Of a DNA stretch of 64,000 bases, positions 38,596-50,553 are shown piece after piece. Each line of letters opens with the position of its first letter. Position 1 is the first letter of the stretch. The stretch is from Malacoraja senta (lineage: Eukaryota). The DNA is taken from positions 186,001 through 250,000 of the forward strand of contig JAXLNO010000884.1 of assembly GCA_038087875.1 (NCBI GenBank). Reading direction: 5' to 3'. The position numbers and the translations under genes were made by a program. The notes under the pieces are model-generated. The model was not told the DNA's origin and did no database searches. It saw nothing but the letters and a program-made list of their open reading frames with translations.

Positions 38596-39077
38596 CCATA
38601 AACAAAGTCCACTGTCTGTAATGAGGTAGTGGTCAATTGGACAGTACCCTAGCTTATGGAACGATCATTCAGAAGCCTGATTTTCTCCTCAGTTATCAAG
38701 TTTCCGAGTAAGCCATTTGGTCCTCTAACCTGCCCACCATTCAATATGACCATGGCTGAAGTTCCTCAGGCATCAACTCCTGTTCGGTGCCAGTTCCTCA
38801 TTGCACTCAATTCTCCAATCTTTCAAAAGTTTAACTACCGCCATATTAAATGCTTCCAACGATTTTGTCTTCACAAATCTCTGGCGCCAGAGAATGACCA
38901 CACTCTGCAAAAAGAGATTTTGTAAACAAATGACTGGTCTCTTTTATCTCTTATTGAAGAGGAGTGAAAATATTGCCAATTTTAAGCTTGCCCCTCCCGA
39001 ATTGGCCCTCATTTCGTAACTTGTCAATTATTTATTATTGTCAATAATGTGCCCAAGTGAAAAGATTTGCCGTTGGT

Positions 39078-42000
39078 ATTAGTTTATTATTGTCACGTGC
39101 ACTGAGATATAGTCAAAAGTTTATCTTTTTTTTATTTTTTAAAAATATTTTTTTATTGGAGATACGTACACAACCTAGTTACATCATTACAGTCTTACAT
39201 TTCTAAATTGATAATATTGTCAATTATTATTACATTGTCTCCAATACCTTTTGCCTTTTTTAAAAAACTAAATAGAACTAAAGAGAAAGATGAGGTAAAG
39301 AAAGAAAAGAAAGAGAAGAAAAAGAAAAAAAAAAGAAAAAAGATAGTTAAAGAAGAATGGAAAAATGTATTAAAATAAAAAACTTCATTCGAGATATATT
39401 CGTACATTTCTAAATATAGCATTTCATCCACTCTTTAGCCCGGGTGCTAGTCAGGTTCCTGTGCTGAACTGTTCTGACCCTTTAAGTAATCAATAAAAGG
39501 AGACCATGTTCCAACGAATAATTCCTGTTTGTCCAACAGGGAGAATCTGATTCTTTCCACGTTTAAGGTCTCCGTCATTTCTATAATCCACATTTTGATT
39601 GTGGGGGTCGTAGGGCCTTTCCAAAATTTTAGAATTAATTTTTTTCCTGTTATTAAACTATAATCAATAAAGTTTCTTTGTGTTGTTCTAAATGTTTGAT
39701 TTAATTCTAATATTCCAAGTATTATTAATTTTGGATCTGGGTCCAATTGTGTGCTGGTTACTTTAGATATTATACTGAAAATATTTACCCAATTTTTTTT
39801 AATTTTTATACAGTTTGCAAACATATGACATAAGGTAGCTTCTAAATGTTGACATTTATCACATATAGGTGAGATATGTTGAAAAATTGTATGTAGTTTT
39901 GTTTTTGAATAATGTAACCTATGTATTACTTTAAATTGTATTAGAGAATGTCTGGCGTTTAATGAACATTGATGTATGTGTTGCAAACTTTCTTCCCAAG
40001 TATCTTTCGTTATTATTTGATTTAATTCTTTTTCCCATGTTTGTCTGTGTAAGTCCGTCGATGGAATGTCACTGTCTAATAAGATATTATATATATAAGA
40101 TATTATTTTTTCTGTATTAGGATGTTTGTTCCAACATTCATCAAGAATTTCTGAATTTCTAATTCGAAAATTTTGAGTATTCGATTTTACATAATCTCTA
40201 AGTTGAAGATATCTGAAATAATCATTTCCTCGAAGTCCATAAGTCTGTTGCAACTCCTGAAATGTCAGAAAAGTGCCTTCCTTGTAAAGTTGTCCCATAT
40301 TTTTAATTCCATAATTCTTCCATTGTGTAAAACCCCCGTCCAACCATGAAGGCTTAAACAAAGGGTTATTCACAATTGGAAGAAAAAGTGATAAATTATC
40401 TAATTTTAATGTCTTTTTTAATTGTTTCCAAATTCGTATAGCACTAAATATTATAGGGTTTTCCCTATATATTTTTTTGTTTAATTTAGACGTAGCAAAT
40501 AATATCGAACCGATATCAAAAGGTAAACAATCTTCCTTTTCCATTTTTAACCAGTCTGGTTGATGATCTATTTCTTCCAACCAGAAATTCATATTTTTAA
40601 TATTAACTGCCCAGAAATAAAACAAAAAGTTGGGTAAAACCAAGCCTCCATTTATTTTTGATTTACACAAATGTCTTTTGTTTATCCTATGATTCTTATA
40701 ATCCCAGATAAAATCATTAACAATAGAGTCCAGTTTTTTTTTAAAGTTTTTTGCCAGATATATCGGAATTGTCTGAAAAAGGTATAATATTTGCGGTTAA
40801 AAAATCATTTTTATGGCATTAATTTTGCCAACCATTGAGATAGGAAGTGTTTTCCAGTATTGAATATTCTTATGTAGTTTATTCAGTAATGGTGGAAAAT
40901 TTGCTTTAAATAATAATGTATATATCTTAGTTACATAAATACCTAGATATTTAAATTTTTCCTTTACTATTTTAAATGGAAATTGTTGTATTATCTGTTT
41001 GTTATGTTCCCTTATTGGCATAATTTCACTTTTATTCCAATTTATTCTGTATCCTGAAAGTGAACCAAATTGGGTTATTAGCTTTAATAAGTTTGGAATA
41101 CTAATTTCTGGTTTTGTAATGTAAATTAATACATCATCTGCGTATAGAGAAATTTTATTCACTGTGTCCTTTGTGTTATACCCGCGTATTTCCGGATGCC
41201 CCCTGACTCTTTCTGCAAGTGGCTCAATAGCAAGCGCAAATAATACTGGAGATAACGGGCATCCTTGTCTACAAACTCTAGATAGGCTAAATTTAGATGA
41301 CAACCTTTGGTTTGTAAATATTCTAGCCGTGGGATTTGTATATAACAGTTTTATCCATGTACAGAATTTCTCCCCTAGCTGCATATTTTCCATCACCGAA
41401 AATAAATAAGACCATTCGACCTGATCAAATGCTTTTTCAGCGTCAAGTGAGATTATTGCTAGATCTTCATTAATAATTCTCTTGGAATATATAATATTAA
41501 ATAATCTTCTTAGATTATAATATGAGTACCGTTTCTGAATAAAGCCTGTTTGGTCAGGGTGTATTAATTTATTCATCACTGTACTTAATCTATGCGCTAG
41601 TATTTTAGTTAATATTTTCTGATCTGTATTTAAAAGTGCAATTGCTCTATATGATCCCGGGTCTTCCGGATCTTTATCAGCTTTAGGAATAAGTGTTATT
41701 ATAGATTCATTTAAAGTGTCTGGAAGTTTCTGTTGAGTATAGATATACTCATACAGTCTTTGTAAACGTGGGCAAAGCAAATCATAAATTTTTAAATAAA
41801 ATTCGGAGCCTAAACCATCTGGTCCTACTGCTTTACCATTTTTTAGAGAGCCAATAGACTCCTCAATATCTTTTATGGTAATCTCCCTTTCTAATAATTC
41901 TCTATCGTTTGAATCTAAACCTTTTAAATTACATTTTAGTAAAAAATCTGCTATTCCTTCTGATTGTCCTACGGTTTTAGTTGAATAAAGGTTATGATAG

Positions 42001-42662
42001 TATTGGAGAAATCTATCATTTATGTCCTTGGGCATTTTTAATAATTCTCCTGTCTCTGTTCTAATTTTATGAATTATTTTTTCCCTTCCATCTTTCGTAA
42101 CTGACGTGCTAATAGTTTTTGTGGTTTGTCTCCAAATTCAAAATGTAATTGTTTGGTTTTTTGATAAAGTTTTATTACTTGTTCTGAATACATTTTATTT
42201 AATTTATATTTCAATACAGCAATTTTATTATGTTTTAAAATAGATGGCATTCTCGCATTTTTCTATATCTAGTTGCTTGATTTCACTTTCCAATGTTTGT
42301 TACTTAATCCTGTTCTCTTTATTATAAAATGCTTGAGCGGAAATTAATGTACCTCGAACAAACGCTTTAAACGTTTCCCTGTGTGTTATCCAATCAGATC
42401 ATACTACACATGTGCAATCAAGCCATCCACAAGTAGTTCAGTGCAAAGAGAAAAATATTCAGAGTGCATAATATCGGGTTACAATATCAGCATTACAGTT
42501 ACAGAGAAAGTGCAGATCAAAAAGAGTTGCAAGGATCACAATGAGATTGGTTGGAAGATCAGGGCAACATCTTATCTTACATGAGAATCATTCAGTAGTC
42601 CAATAACAGCGGGGAAGAAGCTGTTCCTGAATTTAATGGTACGTACTTTCAAACTTTCTTGA
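39078..42662 (-). mobile_element. Rex1/Babar-like LINE 3' end (39078-39122 plus 42381-42662) split by an L1
   Basis: ttattgtcacgtg..gagatatagtcaaaag resumes after the L1 as gttatccaatcagatc...gaagaagctgttcctgaat, the reverse complement of the RLRNSFFP terminal motif. Confidence 0.6.
39125..42380 (-). mobile_element. L1-clade LINE, 5'-truncated, with largely intact RT and C-terminal ORF2 pieces
   Basis: ORF 40797-42035 has GSYRAIALLNTDQKILTKILA, SLDAEKAFDQVEW, RQGCPLSP and SLYADD. ORF 39447-40670 is the C-terminal domain with SPICDKC. The T-rich tail is at 39125-39150. Confidence 0.95.
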
Positions 42663-42825
42663 GTACTTTCTTAACAGGGAGCGTGCGATCCCTTTTAAAC
42701 CACGTGGTTGGTTGATGGTGACGAAAGAGGCAAAATGGGGCAGATGTAGACAGTAACTTGGTGGTTGTAGTAGACTGAAGAATATTTTGTGATGGGTGAC
42801 TGCACGTTTTACTGAAGATGAAAAT
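42662..42825 (+). pseudogene. Degenerate remnant of an MHC class I alpha2 exon, 3' half
   Basis: NRERAIPFKPRGWLMVTKEAKW, then (with frameshifts) ADVDSN, EYF.MGDC and LKMK. This resembles my recollection of shark alpha2 DKERMVWVTPVAWGEITKNKW...YLEQECIEWLKKY. Confidence 0.4.
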
Positions 42826-42846
42826 AACCAACGTACTGTCTTGTAG

Positions 42847-43106
42847 TTTCCCCTGAGGTCACTCTAGCTGCCCGCCCTGATGATCATTCAGTACTGTACT
42901 GCACTGTGTTTGGATTTTACCCACCGGCCATCAGAAGTTGCAGAATGGTCAACATGTCTCTGAGACGAAATCTTCTGGGGTCGTACCCAACAACGATGGA
43001 ACATATCATCTAAGGTCTGTCCTTGAGTATGATCCGTATGATGGGAAACAGTATTCCTGTCATGTCGATCACAGCAACCTGCCCGGTGGGAAGACCATCA
43101 TCTGGG
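42847..43106 (+). pseudogene. MHC class I-like heavy chain alpha3 (C1-set Ig) exon, frameshifted
   Basis: Bounded by ttgtag/ and /gtaaga in phase 1-1. It reads VSPEVTLAARPDDHSVLYCTVFGFYPPAI / LQNGQHVSETKSSGVVPNNDGTYHLRSVLEYDPYDGKQYSCHVDHSNLPGGKTIIW. Both Cys, GFYP, PNxDGTY and YSCxVxH are present. The exon is 260 nt, not a multiple of 3. Confidence 0.85.
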
Positions 43107-43180
43107 GTAAGAACGTTAAATATTCTTTCATAGATAATCATTATCTTCTGTTGTTTCCATTTTAATCATTGTGACTACAT

Positions 43181-44222
43181 CTAGGTATGTTACAAAACTT
43201 ACCTCCAGCGGCGCTGCAGTTCTGTCACTGCCCGTGTGCGTGACTTTGGCGCCTTTGAGAGGGGGGCGGGTTTATAATGCGATATTTCGGCAGCCTGTTC
43301 TAAACGATCTTGAACAGGCTAAATAGTTGATGAAGAAAAATCGCTTTGACTGCCGTTTTATTAAGTTTATTAATATTAGCGCTCTATAATTTAATAATGG
43401 AGTGAACTTAAAATCATCTTCAAATGCCGTAAACGCCGGCAACGGGGACGGATTTCACGCATGGGACAAGGCAAGGTACACCATTTATTTTTTCATATAA
43501 ACTTGTTTCTTAGGATGCCTTTAATAAAAATTTCAAGTTGCGAAAATGTGATTGTTTAAATATACCAACCGGCTGTATTTTTATGCCGATATTGGGGTTT
43601 AATTCAGTGCAACCGCAGCGTTCCAAACCAGCGCGTTCCACAAAATCCCACTCGCAAGATGATTTAAATGTACATTAATTTACAGGAATTAAACACTAAA
43701 TTCCTTCCATTTGGCCTATAAATTTATGACAATGAGATTTAAAAATAATGTTATATTGTGAACTCTTGTGTGAATGTTATTTGGACACAGGCTTTTTTAA
43801 AATGTTAACTTTTTCTTAAGAAATGGATAGATATTTAGATCTAGTAATTGAATTTTGTAATTAGCTACAATTGGGTAACTAACTAATTATATGCTTAAAT
43901 TTCAGGTCATCCAAGTAAGATTGTTTTATATTTGTTTCAGAATGCTTCAATGTATAATAACTGAAAATGTCATTATGTTCCCTTAATTTTTAAGAAAGTT
44001 ATGGGCTTTTGACTGTCCTTGATGACAGCTTTTGTGTTAAGTCAATGGAAAAGCAATAGGGAACAAGATGCTAATTTCCGAGTATGAAAATGGCCAAACT
44101 TTTTTAATACAGAAGACATGAAAGTGAATTAGGTGTCACATTAAACTTCTTTTTATGCTTTATCTGATGGGATAAATTGCAGACTTGATTTTTAAAATCT
44201 CAAAATTTTGTGACATTGCTAC
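43181..44222. mobile_element. Putative non-autonomous DNA transposon with imperfect 16-bp terminal inverted repeats
   Basis: Left end taggtatgttacaaaa vs reverse complement of the right end tagcaatgtcacaaaa (13/16). AT-rich and non-coding. Confidence 0.45.
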
Positions 44223-44474
44223 ATCCCATGTAGTACACCCCATATTCCAAGATGCTTAAACTTTCTTTGTTTAGTGGTGTTGCTCTAAGTAATCACGTAA
44301 TCAGCACCCACTCTCCACATGAGCAGAAGACTTTGTCAACAGAAAAATTATTAAAAGTAAGTAAATAAATAACTAATATACAAGAAAGGAGTATTTGGGA
44401 TTCTCAGTGGTGGAACTGATATCCATGAAAGGTATGTTTAAATAAAAAATGAATCTTTCCTCATGATGTGATTA

Positions 44475-45225
44475 ACAGCAAGGCACTGGGGGAGTACATG
44501 CCCCAATCTGAATCAATAGTCTGAAGTGGAAATGATTGAGCGCTTCGTGTTCCTTGGCATGAATTTATCCAATATACGGTCATGGACTGGCCACATAGCC
44601 AAGGAGGCACACCAACACCTCTACTTCCTCAGGAGACTGAGGATATTCATCATGTCTCTGGTGACTCCAGCAAACGTCTATAGATGCCGCTAGAGAAAGC
44701 ATGTTGTTGGGTTGCATCGCATCTTGAATTGGGAACTGCACTGCCCAAGACTGCAAGAATATACAAAGAGTTAAAGATCATCACACAGCCCAGACTTCCC
44801 GATATTGACCCAATCTACACCAGGTTGCCTTGGAAAACGAGACTTATCCCACGTTCTCACATTCCTCCTTCCTGCTCCCATCAGGCAATAGGTACTGAAA
44901 GTTGAAAATAAGCACTGCCAGACTCAGGAACACCCCCTTTCCACCTGTTAACATGCTTCGGAAGGGTCCTTTCATAATGTAGGTTTAATGCCCGATTCAC
45001 CTCAACCTCATTGAACATTGAACATTGTCCATGGAACTGATGTGTTACAATGCTGAGAATGTACTCTGTATCCTCCTCTTTGCTCTATCTATTATTTTTG
45101 AGTTTTGTATTTATCTATAGTATTATCTAATTTGTTTGGATAGCATACAAAACAAACCTTTGCACTGTATCTTGAAACATCTGACATTAATGAAACTAAA
45201 CCTAATGAAGTAAGTTCCCTGACGC
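44475..45225 (+). mobile_element. Rex1/Babar-like LINE 3' fragment, degraded
   Basis: KEAHQHLYFLRRLR, ESMLLGCI, and LLPSGNRY..TARLRN motifs, followed by the 3' UTR ending in aaactaaacctaa. Confidence 0.75.
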
Positions 45226-46067
45226 AAGTTACAGATTCAGCAACGAAAAATATAACTGCCTGACAAACAGCGATCGTAGTAGTTTGATTCCAGGTATGCT
45301 GCACTAGCCTACACAACTGTTCACTTTTGAAGATTCCCTCGAACAATGCACAAATAAGGAATCTGATGTTTCACTCTGAAGACTGTTGACATTTTCCAGA
45401 ACTTAATTTCCAACCTATCTATGTATCATCAGCAATCTAGGCTACAGCGCCACCAGTCCCTTCATCTGCTCTTAATACTAACGATAAGTAGTTCACTTTC
45501 TTGCATTGATTCCCATCCTGCATTTGCAGTTTCCCAACCTGAACACTCCTTTAAGACAACTCTCTGCTTGTTTTTCCATTCATGCTAATTATTACCCCCA
45601 ATGTCATAAGCCATGTGCCTTTGCATCACTTGATCAGATATCTTATGAAAATCCAGATATTGTGGCGACATCTGGTGGTCAGGCCACTTATTGCTAGAAC
45701 CCTTGTCAGGGGAGCTGGGACTATCACGTGACAGGGATTTGGTGGGAGTTGGTGATGAGTGAATCGCCAGACAACTGGTGTGCCCGATCACAACGGCAGG
45801 AACTTTGCTCAAGTCCTTACTAAACGCGAGTGGGCCAAAACTCTATTTCTTTAAAAAAAACATTGATTTGTTCACGACGCTTGGATCTCTACAATATATT
45901 GTATTTCTTTTGTTTCTCATTCCAATTTTGTTACCTATTCTGCTTTGCCATCATTTTGTTTTTGAATTTTAGGCTGTGCACACCTGCAAACTACTGCTGC
46001 TCGAATATACATTGTCTACGGGTTCCTGTTGCATTTTCAAAGAATTCTAATAAATTTCTCAAACAAA

Positions 46068-46300
46068 GTTTGAAGAAGGGTCCGTAAACGAAATGTCACC
46101 TGTCCATGTGTAGGGAGAAACTGCAAATGCTGGTTTACACTGAAGATGGACACAAATTGCTGGAATAACTCAGCTGGTCAGGCAGCATTTCTGGAGAAAA
46201 AGAATAGGTGATGTTTCGGGTCACGATCCTTCTGACTGAGTCCATGTTCGCCAGAGATGTTGCCTATTCCGCTGAGTTACTCCAGCATTTTGTGTCTATC
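46068..46300. mobile_element. Cluster of Penelope-like terminal repeats in both orientations
   Basis: tgaagaagggtcc..gaaatgtcacc (+), aactcagctggtcaggcagcatttctggag (-), ccagagatgttgcc..gctgagttactccagc (+). Confidence 0.6.
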
Positions 46301-46699
46301 ATGTATATTATTTCCACTGACTGGTTAGCATGAAACCAAAGCTGTTCACTGTACCTCAGCACTCGTGACAATAAACTAAACTAAAGCTTTTGTGTAAATC
46401 AGTATCTGCATCTCTTTCTTTCTACATTTTCCTGTTAATGCCCTGTTAATGCACTTTATTGTTTTGTTATTACTCAAATGTTCTGCCATTACTGAAAGGA
46501 ATCCAGCATTTTCCCCAAAACAGATGTTAGTTTATATATGGTTAAAGCTTTCTGCTTTCAATTCACCTTCTTTCATGAATTAAGTTGTGGCTGTGATGGT
46601 ACCATAGATCATAGAGTTGTACAGAACAGATATTGTCCCTTTGCCATGTTGCAGAACTCCATGATTCAAAACAACATATTTATATATGTTGAAAAGCGC

Positions 46700-46812
46700 C
46701 AAAGATAGACACAAAATGCTGGAATAACTCAGCGGTCAGGTAGCATCTCTGGAGAAAAGGAATAGGTGGCATTTCGGGTCGAGACCCTTCTTCACCCTGA
46801 AGTCTTCAGACA
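46700..46812 (-). mobile_element. Penelope-like terminal repeat with a hammerhead-ribozyme-like motif
   Basis: The minus strand reads ctgaaga-cttcagggtgaag-a-gggtctcgaccc-gaaa, followed by ctccagagatgctacctgaccgctgagttattccagc. Confidence 0.65.
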
Positions 46813-46878
46813 GTGCCAATCTATTTAGCTGCACAGCTTAGCAATTGATTTGTAAAATTATGCATTCTTATTTTTCAG

Positions 46879-46982
46879 AAATAGGAAGAAAGACAGGCAC
46901 ATAGGCCTTATTGCCGTGTGTGTGCTGATATTGCTGGCTATTCTCTTGGCAGTAATTGTTTGGTGGAGAAAAAAGAGGAGAG
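46879..46982 (+). pseudogene. Transmembrane exon of the MHC class I-like gene
   Basis: Bounded by tatttttcag/ and /gtaaga. It encodes NRKKDRHIGLIAVCVLILLAILLAVIVWWRKKRR, a hydrophobic helix plus basic stop-transfer, with a phase-1 donor. Confidence 0.75.
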
Positions 46983-47356
46983 GTAAGATGGAAAAATTGT
47001 GATGAACTGTTGCTAGTAAAGGTATTGGGCTTGAAGAAATGATCCATCTCAAGTAGGATAAGGCAGCAGCTACACCTGAAATGCCTCGACAGTCACCACT
47101 GTCAACTAGCCTTTGTGATGTTGTTAAATGTTTCTGATGATCAGATATTTGAAAATTGTGAATTCAGTGTAAAAAAAAAAGTTAAACATTATGGATTCAC
47201 TGCACCAAATCCTAGAAATATCAATGAGTCATTAAAAATTACAGCATGGGGGCAGTCCCTTCGGCCCACCGTGTCCATGCCAATCACCAACCAACTGTTC
47301 ATGATCCAAGTCAGCTATGAGGCAGATTGGTTACAGTTTAACATTTACTTGTTTTC

Positions 47357-47650
47357 TTTAGTTTAATTTAGAGATGCAGTGACGAAACAGGCCCTCCGGC
47401 CCATGGAGTCTGCGCTGACCAGTGATCCCCGCACATTAACACTATCCTATACACACACACCATGCCAATTAACTTACATACCTGTATATCTTTGGAGTGT
47501 GGGAGGAAACCTTAGATCTCGGAGAAAACCCACGCGGTCATGAGGAGAACGTACAAATTCTGTACAATCAGCATCAGTGGTCGGGATCGAACCTGAGTCT
47601 CCAGCGCTGCAAGCGCTGTAAGGCAGCAACTCTACCGCTGTGCCATCGTG
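47357..47650 (-). mobile_element. HE1-like tRNA-derived V-SINE, near full length
   Basis: The minus strand has a head cacgatggcacagcggtagagttgctgcc..ggttcgatcc (A/B boxes), the core gaatttgtacgttctcc..gtgggttttctcc and a (ctaaa)-like tail. Confidence 0.85.
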
Positions 47651-47754
47651 GCCACAGTTACTGGAAGACTCAAAATTAAGTGCTGTTGGGAAAAATGGTT
47701 CAAGGTGGAAAGTCGAATGAATGAGCAACAACATGACAGGTGGACTACAATGTG

Positions 47755-47995
47755 AAACAGGGCAGCACACAGTCAGGGACCTGAATTAAATTCCAACATC
47801 TGTGGAGTTTGCATGTTGTTCCTGTGGCCAAGTGGTTTCCCCAGGTGCTCTGGTTTCCTCCCACATCCCCAAAACATTGTTTGGTAGGTTAGTTGTCCCC
47901 TAGATTGTGCATGATACAATGTGGGGAGAGCTGATGAGAATGTGGGACAAATGTAGGATTAGTGTACATGAATGGTTGGTGCAGGTCAGTGGGAC
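47755..47995 (+). mobile_element. V-SINE, degraded
   Basis: gtggagtttgcatgttg..ggtgctctggtttcctcccacatccc core. Confidence 0.65.
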
Positions 47996-48522
47996 AAAGG
48001 CCATGTTTGTATGCTGCATATTTCCATGACTCTTTATGATGTAGAAAGATGCTGACTATTTTTGATTTATAAGATTGGGAAAGACTGTGAGGGACAGTGC
48101 TATAGTAACTCAGCAGGTCAGGGAACATCCCTGGAGACCATGGATAGGTGACAATCTGGTTCGAGACTCTTCAGGCAATTACAATGGTTATTCCTCCGCT
48201 TAAGTCTGATAGTAGTGTACAGATGCACCGCAACCACTGACTTGCTCAACAAGTGCTTAAATTAGTTGAATTAAAGTATGCTTGGAGTAACATGCAGCAG
48301 TCCTTAACATCTACCATTTCCCAAATCACAAGAGAGCTGCATGATCAGGCTTTTAGTGTAAATTCAGTCATTTATATCACAGGTTTCTTGCCTATGATCA
48401 CACTGTTGTAAGATGTATTCTGGTGATGAATTGCAGTTCACTTTCCTCCTGTGTAAAGGAGTTATTGTGTTGAATATAACAAGTGGAAGGGAAAGTCAGT
48501 GTAGGATTTAGAGTTTGTACGT

Positions 48523-48815
48523 AATGCAGCATGGTAGTGCAGCTGGTAGAACTGCTGCATCACAACGCCAGAGACCCAGGTTCAATCTGGACCTCGGGTA
48601 CTGTCTACGTGGAGTTTGCACATTCTCTTGTGACTATGTGAGCTTCCTCAGGGAGCTCCGGTTTCCTCCCATATCCCAAAGATGAGCAGGTGTGCAGGTA
48701 ATCATCCTCGGTAAGTCACCCTGACAGTGTAGGGGGTGGGTGGAAATCTATTATGAATGGGCGATTGCTGGTTAGTATGGATTTGGTGGCACAAATGGCC
48801 TGTTTACACACTGTA
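48523..48815 (+). mobile_element. V-SINE
   Basis: Head gcagcatggtagtgcagctggtagaactgctgc..ggttcaatc and core gtggagtttgcacattctc..ctccggtttcctccca. Confidence 0.75.
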
Positions 48816-48817
48816 TC

Positions 48818-48992
48818 ACTGTTTTCAAGAGAGAGTTAGATTTAGCTCTTAGGGCTAAGGGAGTCAAGGGATATGGGGGGAAAGCCAGAACGGAGTATTA
48901 ATTTTGGATGATCAGCCATGATTGTATTGAATGGCGGTGCTGGCTCAAAGGGCCGAATAGCCTATTCCTGCACCTATTTTGTTATGTTTCTA
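48818..48992 (+). mobile_element. CR1 3' tail fragment
   Basis: caagagagagttagatttagctcttagggct...gggccgaatagcctattcctgcacctatttt. Confidence 0.75.
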
Positions 48993-49544
48993 TCTTTCTA
49001 TTAAATAAACTAAATTGGAAGACAGAAGGTATTGACTGATGCATCTTCACGCCAGCTGTCAATGTCATAAACTGTGAGAATTGATTGCAAATGTTATACA
49101 ATATTATAAACTAAACTGGGTGATCAAAATGACAAGATGGATGAAGAGCAGAGTTTTCATTGAAATAACAGAGGTGCAGCTTTCTCGAGCACTTGGCCTT
49201 GGTTGTGTAATATTTCCTCTTCAAAATACAATGTTCCCTGGCATTGCTGGTCTGAGACACCATTCAGCAAGTATATTTCCTGAAACGGAGGTTCAGCTTT
49301 CATGGTATCAAGATGCCTAACAGCTCCAGCACCCAGATCAGAACCTTGCCAAAACTAAGAATGCAGCAACAATTTAGTCATTGAACATCAACGACATGCA
49401 TATTTGAACTGAGGCAATCGTTAGCTTATTATCACTGTAAACCAGTCGTGGTCATGGGTCTGCCATTGTGGTCACTATTAGTGAGGGTGATTAACTATCA
49501 TTTAGCAGTGAAACGGAAAAGAATTGGCTTTTCAAGCCCACGGA

Positions 49545-50084
49545 GCCATAGAGTCATATGGCATGGAAATGGGCCCTTTGCCTCAACTTGGCCATGCCAA
49601 CCAAGATGCCATGTTTAAACTACAATTTTCCTGCAATTGACCCATATCTCACTGAACCTTTCCTATCTACAGTATGTACCTGTCCAAGTGTATTCTAAAT
49701 GTTTTTTAATACCTGCCTCAACTCCTGCCCCTGGAATGTTCTTCCATATTTCCACTTCCTCTGGTTCTGAGTAACTCGTTTCCTTCTCACCTTAAACCTA
49801 AGTTCTCTGGTTCTTGATTACACAAGGCTGGTTAAAAGATTCTGTGCATTCAATCTATCTATGCTCCTTGATTTTATAAACTTCTATAAGATCACCGCTC
49901 AGCCTCTTGCGTGCCAAGGACTAAAGTCCAAGCATTCTCATCCTCTCCCTGAATCACAGGCCCTGTTAATGACATCCTTCCGATAGTCGAGTGACCAAAA
50001 CTTAACGCAATACTCCAAATGTGGCCTCACCAACATCTTGTACAACTGTAGCAGAACATCCCAACTTTTTTATTCAGTACCTTT
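49545..50084 (-). mobile_element. CR1/HER1-like LINE 3' fragment, degraded
   Basis: catagagtcatatggcatggaaatgggccc...gcaatactccaaatgtggcctcaccaacatcttgtacaactg. Confidence 0.6.
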
Positions 50085-50553
50085 CTTTTTAAATCTTTTT
50101 ATGGCTTTTTTCCAAAAAACTAAAAAAAAAACAACATAAAAAACAGAGCAAAAAGAATAATGATAAACATAACAATGGTATTGATACATAGGGATCAGGA
50201 TTAAACACATTAATAACAGGTATAACCTAATATGAGACCAGTGTCAAAATACACCTCTCGGTCTTTATGTAAATGTAGTTAAATCTTTAAAAGGAAACAT
50301 AAATGTTTTAAAAAAGCAAAGATAAAAAGACAAAAAGAAAAAGAAAAAACAAAACCCACCTAAACTAAAAAATAAATTAAAAAATTGATAATAATAAAAT
50401 AAGAATACAAATAAAATAAATAAATAAATAAAACAAAACAGAGCAAAACCGAATCTGAACTGAGAAATTCAACAATTTCAGTCTGTTTGTCGTCAAGTCC
50501 GTTTCACCCTATGAAGGTAAAATAATTTTTATAAAGGTTAAAGAGGGAACAAT

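Noticed and set aside
45234-45292. Candidate micro-exon between alpha3 and TM
   Set aside because: It has a stop in the phase-1 frame, and its 59-nt length does not give the required phase.
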